A stretch of DNA of 62,968 nucleotides, counting the filler. It is 3 parts of 3 records of this genome, joined end to end, with 100 filler letters (N's around TTAATTAATTAA, not from the genome) between each part and the next. Parts side by side here need not be neighbours in the genome. Positions count along the whole stretch, not along the records: positions 49,762 to 62,968 come from DRR378314_77; 2 more parts are not named here. One strand, given 5' to 3'. The position numbers were made by a program, and so were the translations under genes. Below are positions 50,144 through 59,848 of the stretch, piece after piece; within the stretch, counting starts at the first letter, position 1; every line of letters starts with the position of its first letter. The notes below the pieces were generated by a model that saw nothing but the letters and a program-made list of their open reading frames with translations, did not search any database and was not told the origin of the DNA.

Positions 50144-53100
50144 ATGCAAGTGAAGACAATTTCAATTGCTGTTGCTGCTGCAATATACAGCGCGAGTGCA
50201 GCTCATGCTGCTGACATTGAGAGTTATACAAAAGAGAATGTACTAAAAGCGCCTAATTTCACTTTAGAGCAAGTTCAGGCATTACAGAAAGAAATAAACT
50301 CAGTTGAACAACCAATCACTGAAGTAGCTGATCTTAACGTTCAAGTTAACGCACGTGGTGCGAAGTTCGTAGAAGAGAACTTAGAGGGTGAGCATATCTA
50401 CATTGTTCGGTTACGAGATGCATCAGTGAGTGTTGCTGCCAATACCCCGAACTCTCCACTAACTCGTGCGCTAACTGCTCCAAATTCAAAGTTATTTGAA
50501 CGAGGCCAAGCAACAAGTCGAGCGGTTATAACATATGAGAATGAACTAAAACAAAAACAACAACAGGTTTTTTCTGAAGTAAGCTCAGTTACTGGACGCA
50601 CTGAGATACGGCGTCAATTTACTAAAGCCATCAATGGTTTTTCTGTCAAAATGACAGAAAGTGAGGCCGCGCGCGTTGCAAACCTAGGCAGTGTTGCCTC
50701 TGTAATGCGTTCAAAGCATTACGATTTATTATCAGATGAAGGCCCAAAACAGATCAAAGCCGATGAGGTTTGGTCTGGTGCTGCCTCAAGTGCAGGCTTG
50801 AAGCTCAAAGGTGAAGGGCAAATTATTGGTATCATTGATTCAGGTGTCAATACTGATCACCCATCATTTGCCGATATCGGTGGCGATGAATACGATCACG
50901 AAAATCCATGGGGTAATGGCCAATATGTGGGGGATTGTGTTGAAGAACCTGAGCATGTTCAGTGTAATGATAAATTAATTGGTGTTCGTTCGTACGATGT
51001 AATTACTGATTCATATTCGGCAATGATCCCTGGTTGGCCTGCAATAGGCGAAGATTACGGTGGTCATGGTTCACATGTCGCATCAACGGCAGCGGGTAAC
51101 GTTATTAATAATGTGCCGTATATGGTTGCCGGCACTGGTGAAGAAATGGATGGTAAGGTGATCAAAGCAGATCTATTCCCTGAAATTTCGGGTGTTGCCC
51201 CTCATGCGAATATTATTTCATATCAAGTATGTCATTCAACAAATGAAAGTGATTACAGAGGGTGTCCTGGTGAAGCACTGGTTGCTGGGATTGAGGATGC
51301 CATTGGTGATGGGGTTGATGTTATTAACTTCTCAATTGGTGGTGCAGACTCAAATGTATGGGCTGATCCTGTGCAGTTAGCATTTTTATCGGCGCGCGAA
51401 GCGGGTATTAATGTCGCGGCGGCTGCAGGTAACTCTGGCGCTGATGTTTGCGGTGCAGCAGAATGTTTAGGTTATTTAGATAATTCATCACCTTGGCTTA
51501 GCCAAGTTGCAGCAACCACTCATGCTCGAAGTGTTGCAGTAGAAACGGCTGTTGAATATGCTGGTTTTGCAAATGATGAGTTTGGTTCAGAGATACCTAC
51601 TTGGTCGGACGCAGGTCTTGTAGGCGGTTCTATTAATGATCAAGAAATCACCGGCGTAGTGGTTTGGGCAAAAGATTACGAAGATTCAAATGGCGAGAAA
51701 GATTACAATGGATACTGCGTCAATGAATTCCCAGCCGGCACGTTTGATTTTTATAAAGATGGTACTGCAATCGATGGAGCTGCTGAAGGAGATACGAAAG
51801 TCCTGGTTGTTTGTCAGCGACATGCACCCAATGATCCTAACGGTAATGCTCGTACAGCGAAGTCTGATAACATAAAGTTGGGTGGTGCAGATGGCTTCAT
51901 CATGTTTAACCGTGATTCAGATCAAGGGACAGTTGCAGAGAGTTACTCTTTACCAAGTGTGCATTTTACATATGACCAATGGAATGGTGTGTGGCCAGAA
52001 GAAGGGCTAGCTGATTGGGTTGATAGCTATTCAGAAAAAGGCCATATGATCACAATAAAGCCAACCGTTATTGAACGCCGCATTAATGAAGAAGATGCTG
52101 ATTGGTTGGCTACATTCTCTTCGCGTGGACCTTCTTATTCAAATATTGAAGTACTTGCACCAACACTTTCAGCACCTGGCGTGAGTATATATGCAGCATA
52201 CTCAGACGAACACCCGTTTGTATCTACTCCTTATGGTGCAGATTACTCAATGAGCAGTGGTACATCAATGGCTTCACCTCATGTCGCTGGTGCTATGGCG
52301 CTGATCCGTCAAGCACATCCTGAGTGGTCTGCCGCTGAAGTACAATCGGCCCTCACAATGACTGCTGATAATGATGTTCAATATTATCGTTTAAATCAAG
52401 TTGGTGGTGATTCCGATAAAGCACAGATTTATCGTGCGGGTGCAGGGCGAATTAATGTTGCTAATGCCGTTCAATCTGGCTTGGTAATGGATGAAAGTGC
52501 AGAAAACTTCTTAGCAGCAGATCCATATAATGGTGGTACGCCACATAAGCTTAACTTACCAAACTTAGTTAACTTTTCATGTGCACCTGAGTGTCAATGG
52601 GTGCGTACGGTTAAAGCAACCAAAGATGGCACTTGGACAGTAAGTCACGAAGATGTGGTTAACTGGAGCTTTGATATGCGTAATCAAGCTGCGCAAAATG
52701 GTGTAAATATAGAGATCACGCCGAAGAGCTTTTCTCTGAAAGCAGGTGAGACTCAGACGATTGTTGTTAAAGCTTCTGTGATGGATACGCAAGATTGGTT
52801 TAGCAATTCAGAGGTTGAACTACACAGTAACTTAATCTTTGAAGCACAAGAAGTGGGTACTCCAAATGCGCATTGGCCAGTTGCATTTAAGTATGATCGT
52901 GGTGATCTTCCTTCAAGGTTAAACGCAGTAGCGCATGCTGACAATGACTCAATGATTGTAAAAGGCATAACAATACCTGCACTAGATGCGCCTGCTGCAA
53001 AGGCTTATAAGCCTGTTAAAGCAGAGCGTAAATCAGTGACACTTGAAAAAGATGACGACCGGGTATTCCCATGGGCACTTAATAGAAATGATGAAGTAGC

Positions 53101-56002
53101 GGCTGAAGAAATTATTGATGAAGCTGTACACTCAGGTTTTGTAACCGTTGAAGCGGGTGCTAAGCGGCTAATTGTCGAAGTGTTAGATGTTATCGAGTCA
53201 GAACTTGAAGGAAAGATTAATATCGGCAACCCTGGTGTGTATATCGGGAAAGACTACAATGGTGATGGTATTATTCAGCCTCAGGATGAAATTTTATGTG
53301 TTTCAACTCATACCATTTATGCCAACTTCTGTAATATCAATAACCCTGAAGAGGGTGAGTATTGGTATATGATTCACAATAATTACGAATCAAACTTAGC
53401 GGGTGTAGAAGAAACGTTTGAGTATGCGGTTGGGGTTGTAGGATCTGAAACTGCTGAGACGATAGACATTGCTCTTCCTGCAAGTGATGGTATTAATACT
53501 GTGAACATGAATATCACGTGGGATATGAAAATGGACCAAGGTGATGTTTACTACAGTATAATCGATGTAGGTACATCAGCTGTTAACGTTGGTAATTTAG
53601 GTTCTATTGCGTTTAAGCTCGAGCGCGATGTTAACCGAGTTCATCTTGATGTGCCGCAAACAAAAGCGAGTATGGGCGATACAGTACCCTATACTTTTGA
53701 AGTATTGGCCAATACTTCGGGCATAGATCGTAACTTCACCTTTACTGCAGATATTCCAGATGGCTTAACAATTAATGCTGAAAATGTGATGAGCTCACGT
53801 AAAGATTTGGACATTGAGGTTTCAGATGGGCAACTTATTATCTCTGGAGTGCAAGAAAATACAGCGGATGTAGCACCTGATTATATTGTAACAAACAACA
53901 TTACAGATGAGATGTGTCGTACACCTGATTTTGGTGGAAGTTCATCTGGGGGTTATGTAGATTTAAGCCAGTTTGGCTTATCGCCTATTCTGTCTGGTTT
54001 TGATGAACAAAATAATGTGACTTATCAGCGAGGTTATGCACTTCCAGTAGGAGCGTTATTTAGCGGAGTTGATCAAATTAGTTTGTATAACAATGCAGAT
54101 GCAAAAAATCTTAAGTATGGCATGTTAACCATTCGCGGTAACGGTAAAGTAGACTTCTCTGTCGGTAAGCACTTTTTCCCATTCCATGATAAATTTCCAT
54201 ACGATAATCAACCATACGAAGGCATTGGTGCACTTTGGCGTGGATGGTTCCCAGATTTTAGCAATGACTTCATGAGTGTTGGTTTAAGCAGCAATGAAGG
54301 GATTACGCTTGCAACAACAGGAACAGGTTGGGGGATTGTTGAATGGGATAATGCTGCAGATTACGGTGATCCAATTCGCAATCGTCAGACAGGTCAATAT
54401 GAATGGACAAAACGTGATAACTCATTTGATTTTGAAGTTATTTTCAATGCTAACACCCGCTTTGGAGATAATGAACATGAAATCTATTTGGCTTACGACA
54501 ATATAGATTTTGGTTCGACTGATACGCGCGGGAGTGTCGGTATTCAAGGCTTCAAAGGGCAACTATATTCATATGGTCCATTAGAAGGTTATTTAGGTCG
54601 TTCAATCGCATTTAATGATGTTGATAGCGTAGTCAAAGACGGGATGGTAATTTGCATGGATTACGTCGGTCCTGAGTCATCACAGTTTGAGGTCACTGCA
54701 TGGGCTGATGTAACTGCTAAATCGGCAGGTAAAGACTTAACCTTCAGTGCAAACATAGATGTTGAAGGCATGGAAACAATGCAATTGAAGCATATACTAT
54801 CAGTACCAAGTAATATCACTGTTGTTGAAATTGAAAATATGGCTACAACCGAAGAAACTGCAGTTTCATTTGACGTCCACCACATTGATGAAATGAATTC
54901 GAAGAATGAAATTTCAATTATCTCAGCTGATGTAACGTATGAAGTTGACGGTAACACAGTGACAATCACGCCAATCGATAATTTCTTTGGTGAGACTGAA
55001 ATTGAGGTTGTGGTATCAGATATCGAAAACCCAGCAGATAAAGCCAGCACCACGTTTATATTAACAGTGACAGGTGTGAGCGATGCACCGGTGGCAGAAG
55101 TCGCTACAACGGATGTGGTTATCACTGAGGGTGAAACAGTAACACTGGATGCATCAAGTTCACGTGATGCCGATGGCGATGAAATAACCTTTGCGTGGTC
55201 AGGTGCAGGTGTAATTGCTGATGCAACGGCTGCAATGACGACAGTATCTAGCTTAACAGCAGGTGATCATGTGTTTACGGTAACAGTGTCAGACGGTGAG
55301 CTTGAAGCAACAGCCATGGTCAATGTGAAAGTTGTCACAGTGGCAGAGCGCTTAAGCATCAGCGATATCAGTGCACTCACAGTGGATGAAGATAACACCG
55401 CAGAAGTTGCCGTTAACTTTGATAACCAACTTGGTAAAGAAACCGTTATTTCAGCGATGGCAGATAATGCAAGCGTTGAAGTGATGGGCCATGAAACTGG
55501 TTCAATGCTGAAGCTAACACCGGATACGAACTTTAATGACGACATTGAAGTAACAGTCATGGTTGCCTATGCCGATGAGCCAACAGCGGTTGCACAAACC
55601 ACATTTACATTAACAGTGAATGCTGTGAATGATGCACCTGTGGTAGAGTTAAGCGAGACGCATATCTATGTTCGTGAAGACCAAGTACCCACGTTAACAG
55701 CGTCAGCGACAGACCTTGATGGGGATGAGTTAAGCTTTACATGGCAAGGTCCGGGTAACATTGCAACGCCAAATGCTGCAAGTACACAAATCTCAGGTTT
55801 AGTACCGGGTGATTATGTGTATACAGTGACAGTAAGCGATGGCAGCGAGAGTGTATCGCAAAGCATGCAAGTGTCAGTGACAGCAGCCCCTGAAGTTGAT
55901 GACTCAGATGAAGATAACAACGACAGTGGTTCATTAGCCTGGTTAACCGTGTTAATGGCGGGCTTTGCAGGTCTAAGGCGCCGAGCTGCAAAACGTAAAT
56001 AA
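50144..56002 (+). CDS. Large extracellular S8 subtilase with I9 propeptide, PA domain, Ig/PKD-like repeats and GlyGly-CTERM-like anchor (1952 aa)
   Basis: Signal peptide MQVKTISIAVAAAIYSASAAHA after a GGGGA SD. Catalytic triad IIDSG / GHGSHVAST / SGTSMASPHVAG. DADGDEITFAW and DLDGDELSFTW repeats. C-terminus DSGSLAWLTVLMAGFAGLRRRAAKRK. Confidence 0.93.
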   Translation: MQVKTISIAVAAAIYSASAAHAADIESYTKENVLKAPNFTLEQVQALQKEINSVEQPITEVADLNVQVNARGAKFVEENLEGEHIYIVRLRDASVSVAANTPNSPLTRALTAPNSKLFERGQATSRAVITYENELKQKQQQVFSEVSSVTGRTEIRRQFTKAINGFSVKMTESEAARVANLGSVASVMRSKHYDLLSDEGPKQIKADEVWSGAASSAGLKLKGEGQIIGIIDSGVNTDHPSFADIGGDEYDHENPWGNGQYVGDCVEEPEHVQCNDKLIGVRSYDVITDSYSAMIPGWPAIGEDYGGHGSHVASTAAGNVINNVPYMVAGTGEEMDGKVIKADLFPEISGVAPHANIISYQVCHSTNESDYRGCPGEALVAGIEDAIGDGVDVINFSIGGADSNVWADPVQLAFLSAREAGINVAAAAGNSGADVCGAAECLGYLDNSSPWLSQVAATTHARSVAVETAVEYAGFANDEFGSEIPTWSDAGLVGGSINDQEITGVVVWAKDYEDSNGEKDYNGYCVNEFPAGTFDFYKDGTAIDGAAEGDTKVLVVCQRHAPNDPNGNARTAKSDNIKLGGADGFIMFNRDSDQGTVAESYSLPSVHFTYDQWNGVWPEEGLADWVDSYSEKGHMITIKPTVIERRINEEDADWLATFSSRGPSYSNIEVLAPTLSAPGVSIYAAYSDEHPFVSTPYGADYSMSSGTSMASPHVAGAMALIRQAHPEWSAAEVQSALTMTADNDVQYYRLNQVGGDSDKAQIYRAGAGRINVANAVQSGLVMDESAENFLAADPYNGGTPHKLNLPNLVNFSCAPECQWVRTVKATKDGTWTVSHEDVVNWSFDMRNQAAQNGVNIEITPKSFSLKAGETQTIVVKASVMDTQDWFSNSEVELHSNLIFEAQEVGTPNAHWPVAFKYDRGDLPSRLNAVAHADNDSMIVKGITIPALDAPAAKAYKPVKAERKSVTLEKDDDRVFPWALNRNDEVAAEEIIDEAVHSGFVTVEAGAKRLIVEVLDVIESELEGKINIGNPGVYIGKDYNGDGIIQPQDEILCVSTHTIYANFCNINNPEEGEYWYMIHNNYESNLAGVEETFEYAVGVVGSETAETIDIALPASDGINTVNMNITWDMKMDQGDVYYSIIDVGTSAVNVGNLGSIAFKLERDVNRVHLDVPQTKASMGDTVPYTFEVLANTSGIDRNFTFTADIPDGLTINAENVMSSRKDLDIEVSDGQLIISGVQENTADVAPDYIVTNNITDEMCRTPDFGGSSSGGYVDLSQFGLSPILSGFDEQNNVTYQRGYALPVGALFSGVDQISLYNNADAKNLKYGMLTIRGNGKVDFSVGKHFFPFHDKFPYDNQPYEGIGALWRGWFPDFSNDFMSVGLSSNEGITLATTGTGWGIVEWDNAADYGDPIRNRQTGQYEWTKRDNSFDFEVIFNANTRFGDNEHEIYLAYDNIDFGSTDTRGSVGIQGFKGQLYSYGPLEGYLGRSIAFNDVDSVVKDGMVICMDYVGPESSQFEVTAWADVTAKSAGKDLTFSANIDVEGMETMQLKHILSVPSNITVVEIENMATTEETAVSFDVHHIDEMNSKNEISIISADVTYEVDGNTVTITPIDNFFGETEIEVVVSDIENPADKASTTFILTVTGVSDAPVAEVATTDVVITEGETVTLDASSSRDADGDEITFAWSGAGVIADATAAMTTVSSLTAGDHVFTVTVSDGELEATAMVNVKVVTVAERLSISDISALTVDEDNTAEVAVNFDNQLGKETVISAMADNASVEVMGHETGSMLKLTPDTNFNDDIEVTVMVAYADEPTAVAQTTFTLTVNAVNDAPVVELSETHIYVREDQVPTLTASATDLDGDELSFTWQGPGNIATPNAASTQISGLVPGDYVYTVTVSDGSESVSQSMQVSVTAAPEVDDSDEDNNDSGSLAWLTVLMAGFAGLRRRAAKRK

Positions 56003-56028
56003 ACACCTCCTAAAGTATGTTATGAACC

Positions 56029-56053
56029 AAAGGGCCCTTAGAGGCCCTTTTTT
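56029..56053 (+). terminator. Intrinsic terminator after the S8 protease
   Basis: AAAGGGCC-CTTAGA-GGCCCTTTTTT. Confidence 0.88.
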
Positions 56054-56075
56054 ATTGCTATTACTGCGCAACGTA

Positions 56076-56090
56076 TGTAGCAAAATGTAC
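56076..56090 (-). promoter_or_regulatory. Direct-repeat box GTACA-TTTT-GCTACA, copy 2
   Basis: Plus strand reads TGTAGCAAAATGTAC; intergenic, about 176 bp upstream of the MipA-family gene. Confidence 0.7.
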
Positions 56091-56266
56091 CCTAAATTCC
56101 CTTTTTTAACTGGTGTGTTACATTAAAAGGAGAATAGACTAGGTGACGTAGCTAAATTATTTACATTCTTTTTTAGCTAAGGGTACTTTCAAAGAGTATT
56201 ATGTTGGTAGTTACAGATATAAGCATCAGCTGTAGATACACTGAAAAATAGGTGATTTGAAATTTT

Positions 56267-57112
56267 ATGTTAAAGCTTTTTGGCTTAATGTGTCTAGTCT
56301 CAATGGGAGCCAATGCGACTGTTCAAGATACGTTAAAGCAACAACAGTTAATAAAAAAATCGACATTACACGCCAGTATAACTGTGGGAGTTGGTGGTAT
56401 TCAAAATCCAGTCTTAAATTCAAAAAACTTCATATCCCTTATTATGCCTAATTTTTCATATTATGATGATAATTGGTTTATCGATAATTTTGCTGTTGGT
56501 TATAGCCTCTTTGAAAAAAATAACTTCTACTTTGATGTGGCTGGACGATTTAATGAGGATGGCTTTTTCTTTAAGTTAGACGGAATTGAGAAGCTGTTTG
56601 CCGCTGGGTCAGTTTCAGGTGGTTTTAAAGACAAAGCAAAGCCGTTAGTACCTGAAGAGCTATTAACGCCTATTGACCGTGATTTATCATATTTAGTGGG
56701 ATTGTCGTCAGGCTATGTTCTCTCTAATGGGTTGTTAGTTGAGCTTTCCTTGATGCATGACATTACAAATGTGCACAATGGGTATGAAGGACAGCTCAAT
56801 ATGTTCAAAACCTTTAGATTTGGTGAGTCATTATTTGGCCTCGAATTAGGTGTTACGTATAAAAGTCGTGATTTAATTGAATATTATTACACCGTAGGGC
56901 GCACTGAAGGATTGGTTAGAATACCTGACTATCATTCAGAAAAAGCTGTAAATTATCATTTAAAAGCCAGTTATACATACCCTTTATCGGATAGTTTTAG
57001 CGTTGATATTAATGTAAAGCATACCTGGCTAGATAGTGATTTAGTGCTCAAGCCAATGATCACAGATAATGCTTACTTTTCTGGTTTTGCAGGTATTACT
57101 TATCACTTTTAG
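56267..57112 (+). CDS. MipA/OmpV family outer-membrane protein
   Basis: Signal peptide, VGVGGIQNP, MPNFSYY, HDITNVHNGYE, LIEYYY, PMI, C-terminal aromatic beta-signal GITYHF. Confidence 0.85.
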   Translation: MLKLFGLMCLVSMGANATVQDTLKQQQLIKKSTLHASITVGVGGIQNPVLNSKNFISLIMPNFSYYDDNWFIDNFAVGYSLFEKNNFYFDVAGRFNEDGFFFKLDGIEKLFAAGSVSGGFKDKAKPLVPEELLTPIDRDLSYLVGLSSGYVLSNGLLVELSLMHDITNVHNGYEGQLNMFKTFRFGESLFGLELGVTYKSRDLIEYYYTVGRTEGLVRIPDYHSEKAVNYHLKASYTYPLSDSFSVDINVKHTWLDSDLVLKPMITDNAYFSGFAGITYHF

Positions 57113-58283
57113 GCCAGCGAATGGCAATATCAGCTCCCCCGGTTTCGACACTATTATCAAGTGAAATAAAGCCGCCATGCCAGCTAATTATTTGTTTTAC
57201 AATGTATAGCCCCAATCCGTAACCGCTAGCAAGGTTGTCTCTCTCACCTTGTTGAAATGGCTCAATCAAGGCCCTTGCATTGTTGGGTAAGCCTGAACCA
57301 TCATCAATAACATGTATAGTATAAAACTCATCGCAGGCACTAGTTGCGACTATAATTTCAGATTTTGCATACTTTGTTGCATTGATAAGCAGGTTCTGCA
57401 TTGCAATAGCCATAAAGCTTGCTTCACAATTAACCATGGCTAAATTGTTTCTTAAAATAAAATTTAGCCCATAAAGATCAAACTTATTAACTTCAGTCTC
57501 AATTAATTGGTTGAGATTAGTTGTGTATTGACTAAATACGCTGTGTTGATGCTCTAAGCGCGCAAATGAGAGGTACTGCTCTAAACGCAACTCAATTTCT
57601 TCAATATCTCGTTCTAACTGATCACGCTCTTCATCATTGTAATTTGAAATTGAAAGCGCGAATTGCATTCTAGTTAAAGGTGTACGAATTTCATGAGAAA
57701 TAATGCGGGATAAATCACTATGTAATTGAATAAAGTTTTCGATTCGCTCAGACATTTCGGTGAATGTGCCTGCAAGTGGTGCAATAGACGAGCTGGGCTT
57801 AATGGGTAGATTAAATTTTTCAGGTTTTTTACTAAAGCGCTTGGCAGCATTTTGTAAGATACTTAAATCACGGAAAACTGGGCGTATGAACAATAGAATA
57901 AGCCCACCTAGTAACAAGTAAAAGGTAATAAAGGCGAGCCAGTTTGTTGTTTGCGTAGGCGTTAAATTTATAGGGCCGATGCGGAAGTTTTTTTGTTTAT
58001 CACCCTTTAAGTAAACATATTGCTGCTGCTCTAGCGTAACCGTTAATATACCTTCATTCTCAAATTTTTCCCTCAAGTTACCCGAAAGGAATAGCTGAGA
58101 ATCATTTAATTCTTCTATTTTTTCTTCCTTATGCTCAATAAGCAATCTCAATTCTTTAACGCTCAACTGCACACTAAGAGGGGGGGATGAGAATAGATGG
58201 TTATAAAGTTGTCCAAATGCTAACACGAGGGCTATTAAGCTAATTGTAATGACAATATAGAGTTTTAAAAACTGTCTATTCAT
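57096..58283 (-). CDS. Membrane sensor histidine kinase (RstB-like)
   Basis: Two TM segments, HAMP, SHEIRTPLTR H-box, NLLINATKY, DDGSG, GYGLGL. Confidence 0.93.
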   Translation of the reverse strand: MNRQFLKLYIVITISLIALVLAFGQLYNHLFSSPPLSVQLSVKELRLLIEHKEEKIEELNDSQLFLSGNLREKFENEGILTVTLEQQQYVYLKGDKQKNFRIGPINLTPTQTTNWLAFITFYLLLGGLILLFIRPVFRDLSILQNAAKRFSKKPEKFNLPIKPSSSIAPLAGTFTEMSERIENFIQLHSDLSRIISHEIRTPLTRMQFALSISNYNDEERDQLERDIEEIELRLEQYLSFARLEHQHSVFSQYTTNLNQLIETEVNKFDLYGLNFILRNNLAMVNCEASFMAIAMQNLLINATKYAKSEIIVATSACDEFYTIHVIDDGSGLPNNARALIEPFQQGERDNLASGYGLGLYIVKQIISWHGGFISLDNSVETGGADIAIRWPKSDK

Positions 58284-58960
58284 GGCTCAGTTATGTCCAA
58301 GCTATACCCTTTGCCACGAACTGACTTAATATCTAAGGATGCGTGTTGGTTTTCAAATAGCTCTTTAAGCTTTTTGCGTAACCGGCTTATTTTTAAATCA
58401 ATGGCTCTGTCTAGACCATTATATTCACGACCAATTACATGTTTAAATAATACTTCTCTCGATACCGGTTGAGGGCTATTTTTTACTAAAAATGAAATGA
58501 TTTCAAACTCGTTTTCATTTAGCTTCAGTGGGGTATTTAGAAATACGGCGTCGCGCTTTTTGGCATCAATATATAAATTTTGTGAGTCTTTATTAAACTC
58601 TTGTTGTTGGCTGATAATATTTTTCACTTTTGCCAACAATAATTCTGGTCGGATAGGTTTAACTAGGTAGTCGTACGCGCCTAATTCTAGTCCCTTAATT
58701 TGTGATTGAATGGAATCCAGTGCTGTTAAAAATATCACCGGGCACTGATGATTTTTTCTCAAATCTTCAATTAGTGCAAAGCCATTACCGTCAGGGAGCA
58801 TTACATCGCAGATAATTAAAGTGGGGTTAAACATAATGTCATGGTCATTGTAGCTTTGTGCGGTATTAAATACATCAACCGTATATTTTTGTTTTAATAA
58901 AAATTTTTTTATTAAAGTGGCAAGCTTTAAGTCATCTTCAATAACAAATATATGGTGCAT
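58280..58960 (-). CDS. OmpR-family response regulator (RstA-like)
   Basis: IEDD, CDVMLPDG, FLTA, DYLVKP, REYNGLDRAIDLKISRLRKK, SVRGKGY. Confidence 0.93.
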   Translation of the reverse strand: MHHIFVIEDDLKLATLIKKFLLKQKYTVDVFNTAQSYNDHDIMFNPTLIICDVMLPDGNGFALIEDLRKNHQCPVIFLTALDSIQSQIKGLELGAYDYLVKPIRPELLLAKVKNIISQQQEFNKDSQNLYIDAKKRDAVFLNTPLKLNENEFEIISFLVKNSPQPVSREVLFKHVIGREYNGLDRAIDLKISRLRKKLKELFENQHASLDIKSVRGKGYSLDITEP

Positions 58961-59394
58961 TATAAACTCCAGCCAAATCGGCGCTTGATGCGATAATCAC
59001 TTGCTTTGTAACGAGCAATTGATAACTCTTGCTCTTTAACAACTTTGTTGGTCAGAGGATCAATAAGTTGTATTTTTATAGAGTGAGAGGTTTGTAATTT
59101 TAAGTGCTCTTTAATTACCCCTTTTTTAGTGTAGCACTGTGTGTATTGTGGAAGGTTTGTTATTTCAAGACATAGTTCTTTAAAGGGCGCCAAAGTAAAA
59201 TTAATTTTTATGTTGAATTGGCAAATTTTTTGTTCTGATTCGGTCACACATACTGATGGAGAAACCTCTAAATAAGGTTTATCAACAGGCTTTGCCAAAG
59301 CGTACATGCTACAAAATACACTACATAATACTGTAATGTAGTAGATTGACTTTTTAATTTTATCGAAGATTTTAAAACCCTTAGGGTAATTCAA
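58960..59394 (-). CDS. Exported Cys-containing protein (DUF3019-like)
   Basis: TTG start 8 nt after AGGTG, signal-like segment, VSPSVCV...C...LC...C, basic RRFGWSL tail; TAATG-coupled to the response regulator. Confidence 0.75.
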   Translation of the reverse strand: MNYPKGFKIFDKIKKSIYYITVLCSVFCSMYALAKPVDKPYLEVSPSVCVTESEQKICQFNIKINFTLAPFKELCLEITNLPQYTQCYTKKGVIKEHLKLQTSHSIKIQLIDPLTNKVVKEQELSIARYKASDYRIKRRFGWSL

Positions 59395-59654
59395 AACTGA
59401 TACACCTAAATAATTGGCAGCAGAGTTTCTAATAATGGACTTGCTGCCTACGTCTCTTTCTATTATTTATTCTTAACGTATTATCAAATAATGCTAGTTA
59501 ATCCGACTTAAATATCCGAAGGAAAAATAGTTTTCCTATTTTTCACACGTGTATTCAAGCTAGCGAACTTATTGTACTTCCACCAATAGGCTTATATTAC
59601 GCAACTTGAATAGAGAACCAGTGTCACCTATTTTCCGCGAGTTGTTAACTACTT

Positions 59655-59669
59655 GTACAAAAAGCTACA
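59655..59669 (+). promoter_or_regulatory. Direct-repeat box GTACA-AAAA-GCTACA, copy 3
   Basis: In the divergent intergenic region between the DUF3019-RR-HK operon and the DUF3581 gene. Confidence 0.7.
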
Positions 59670-59848
59670 TTTTATTATACGCAGTGCTAATTAATAATAT
59701 TTATTTTAGGCGTTGGCCATACTGTATTTTAAGTTATGCAAGAAAGTGACTGTAAGGTCATAAACAAAACTTTAACAGATTCGACCTCTATTGTATTTTT
59801 ATCTGGTAGTATAGTCAGGTTATAAGCAGTTTAAGTAGTGAACAAACA

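Noticed and set aside
59302-59343. Cluster of TACA/TGTA words near the 5' end of DUF3019 as additional boxes
   Set aside because: They lie in coding sequence and lack the 10-bp period and the GC before the second TACA.
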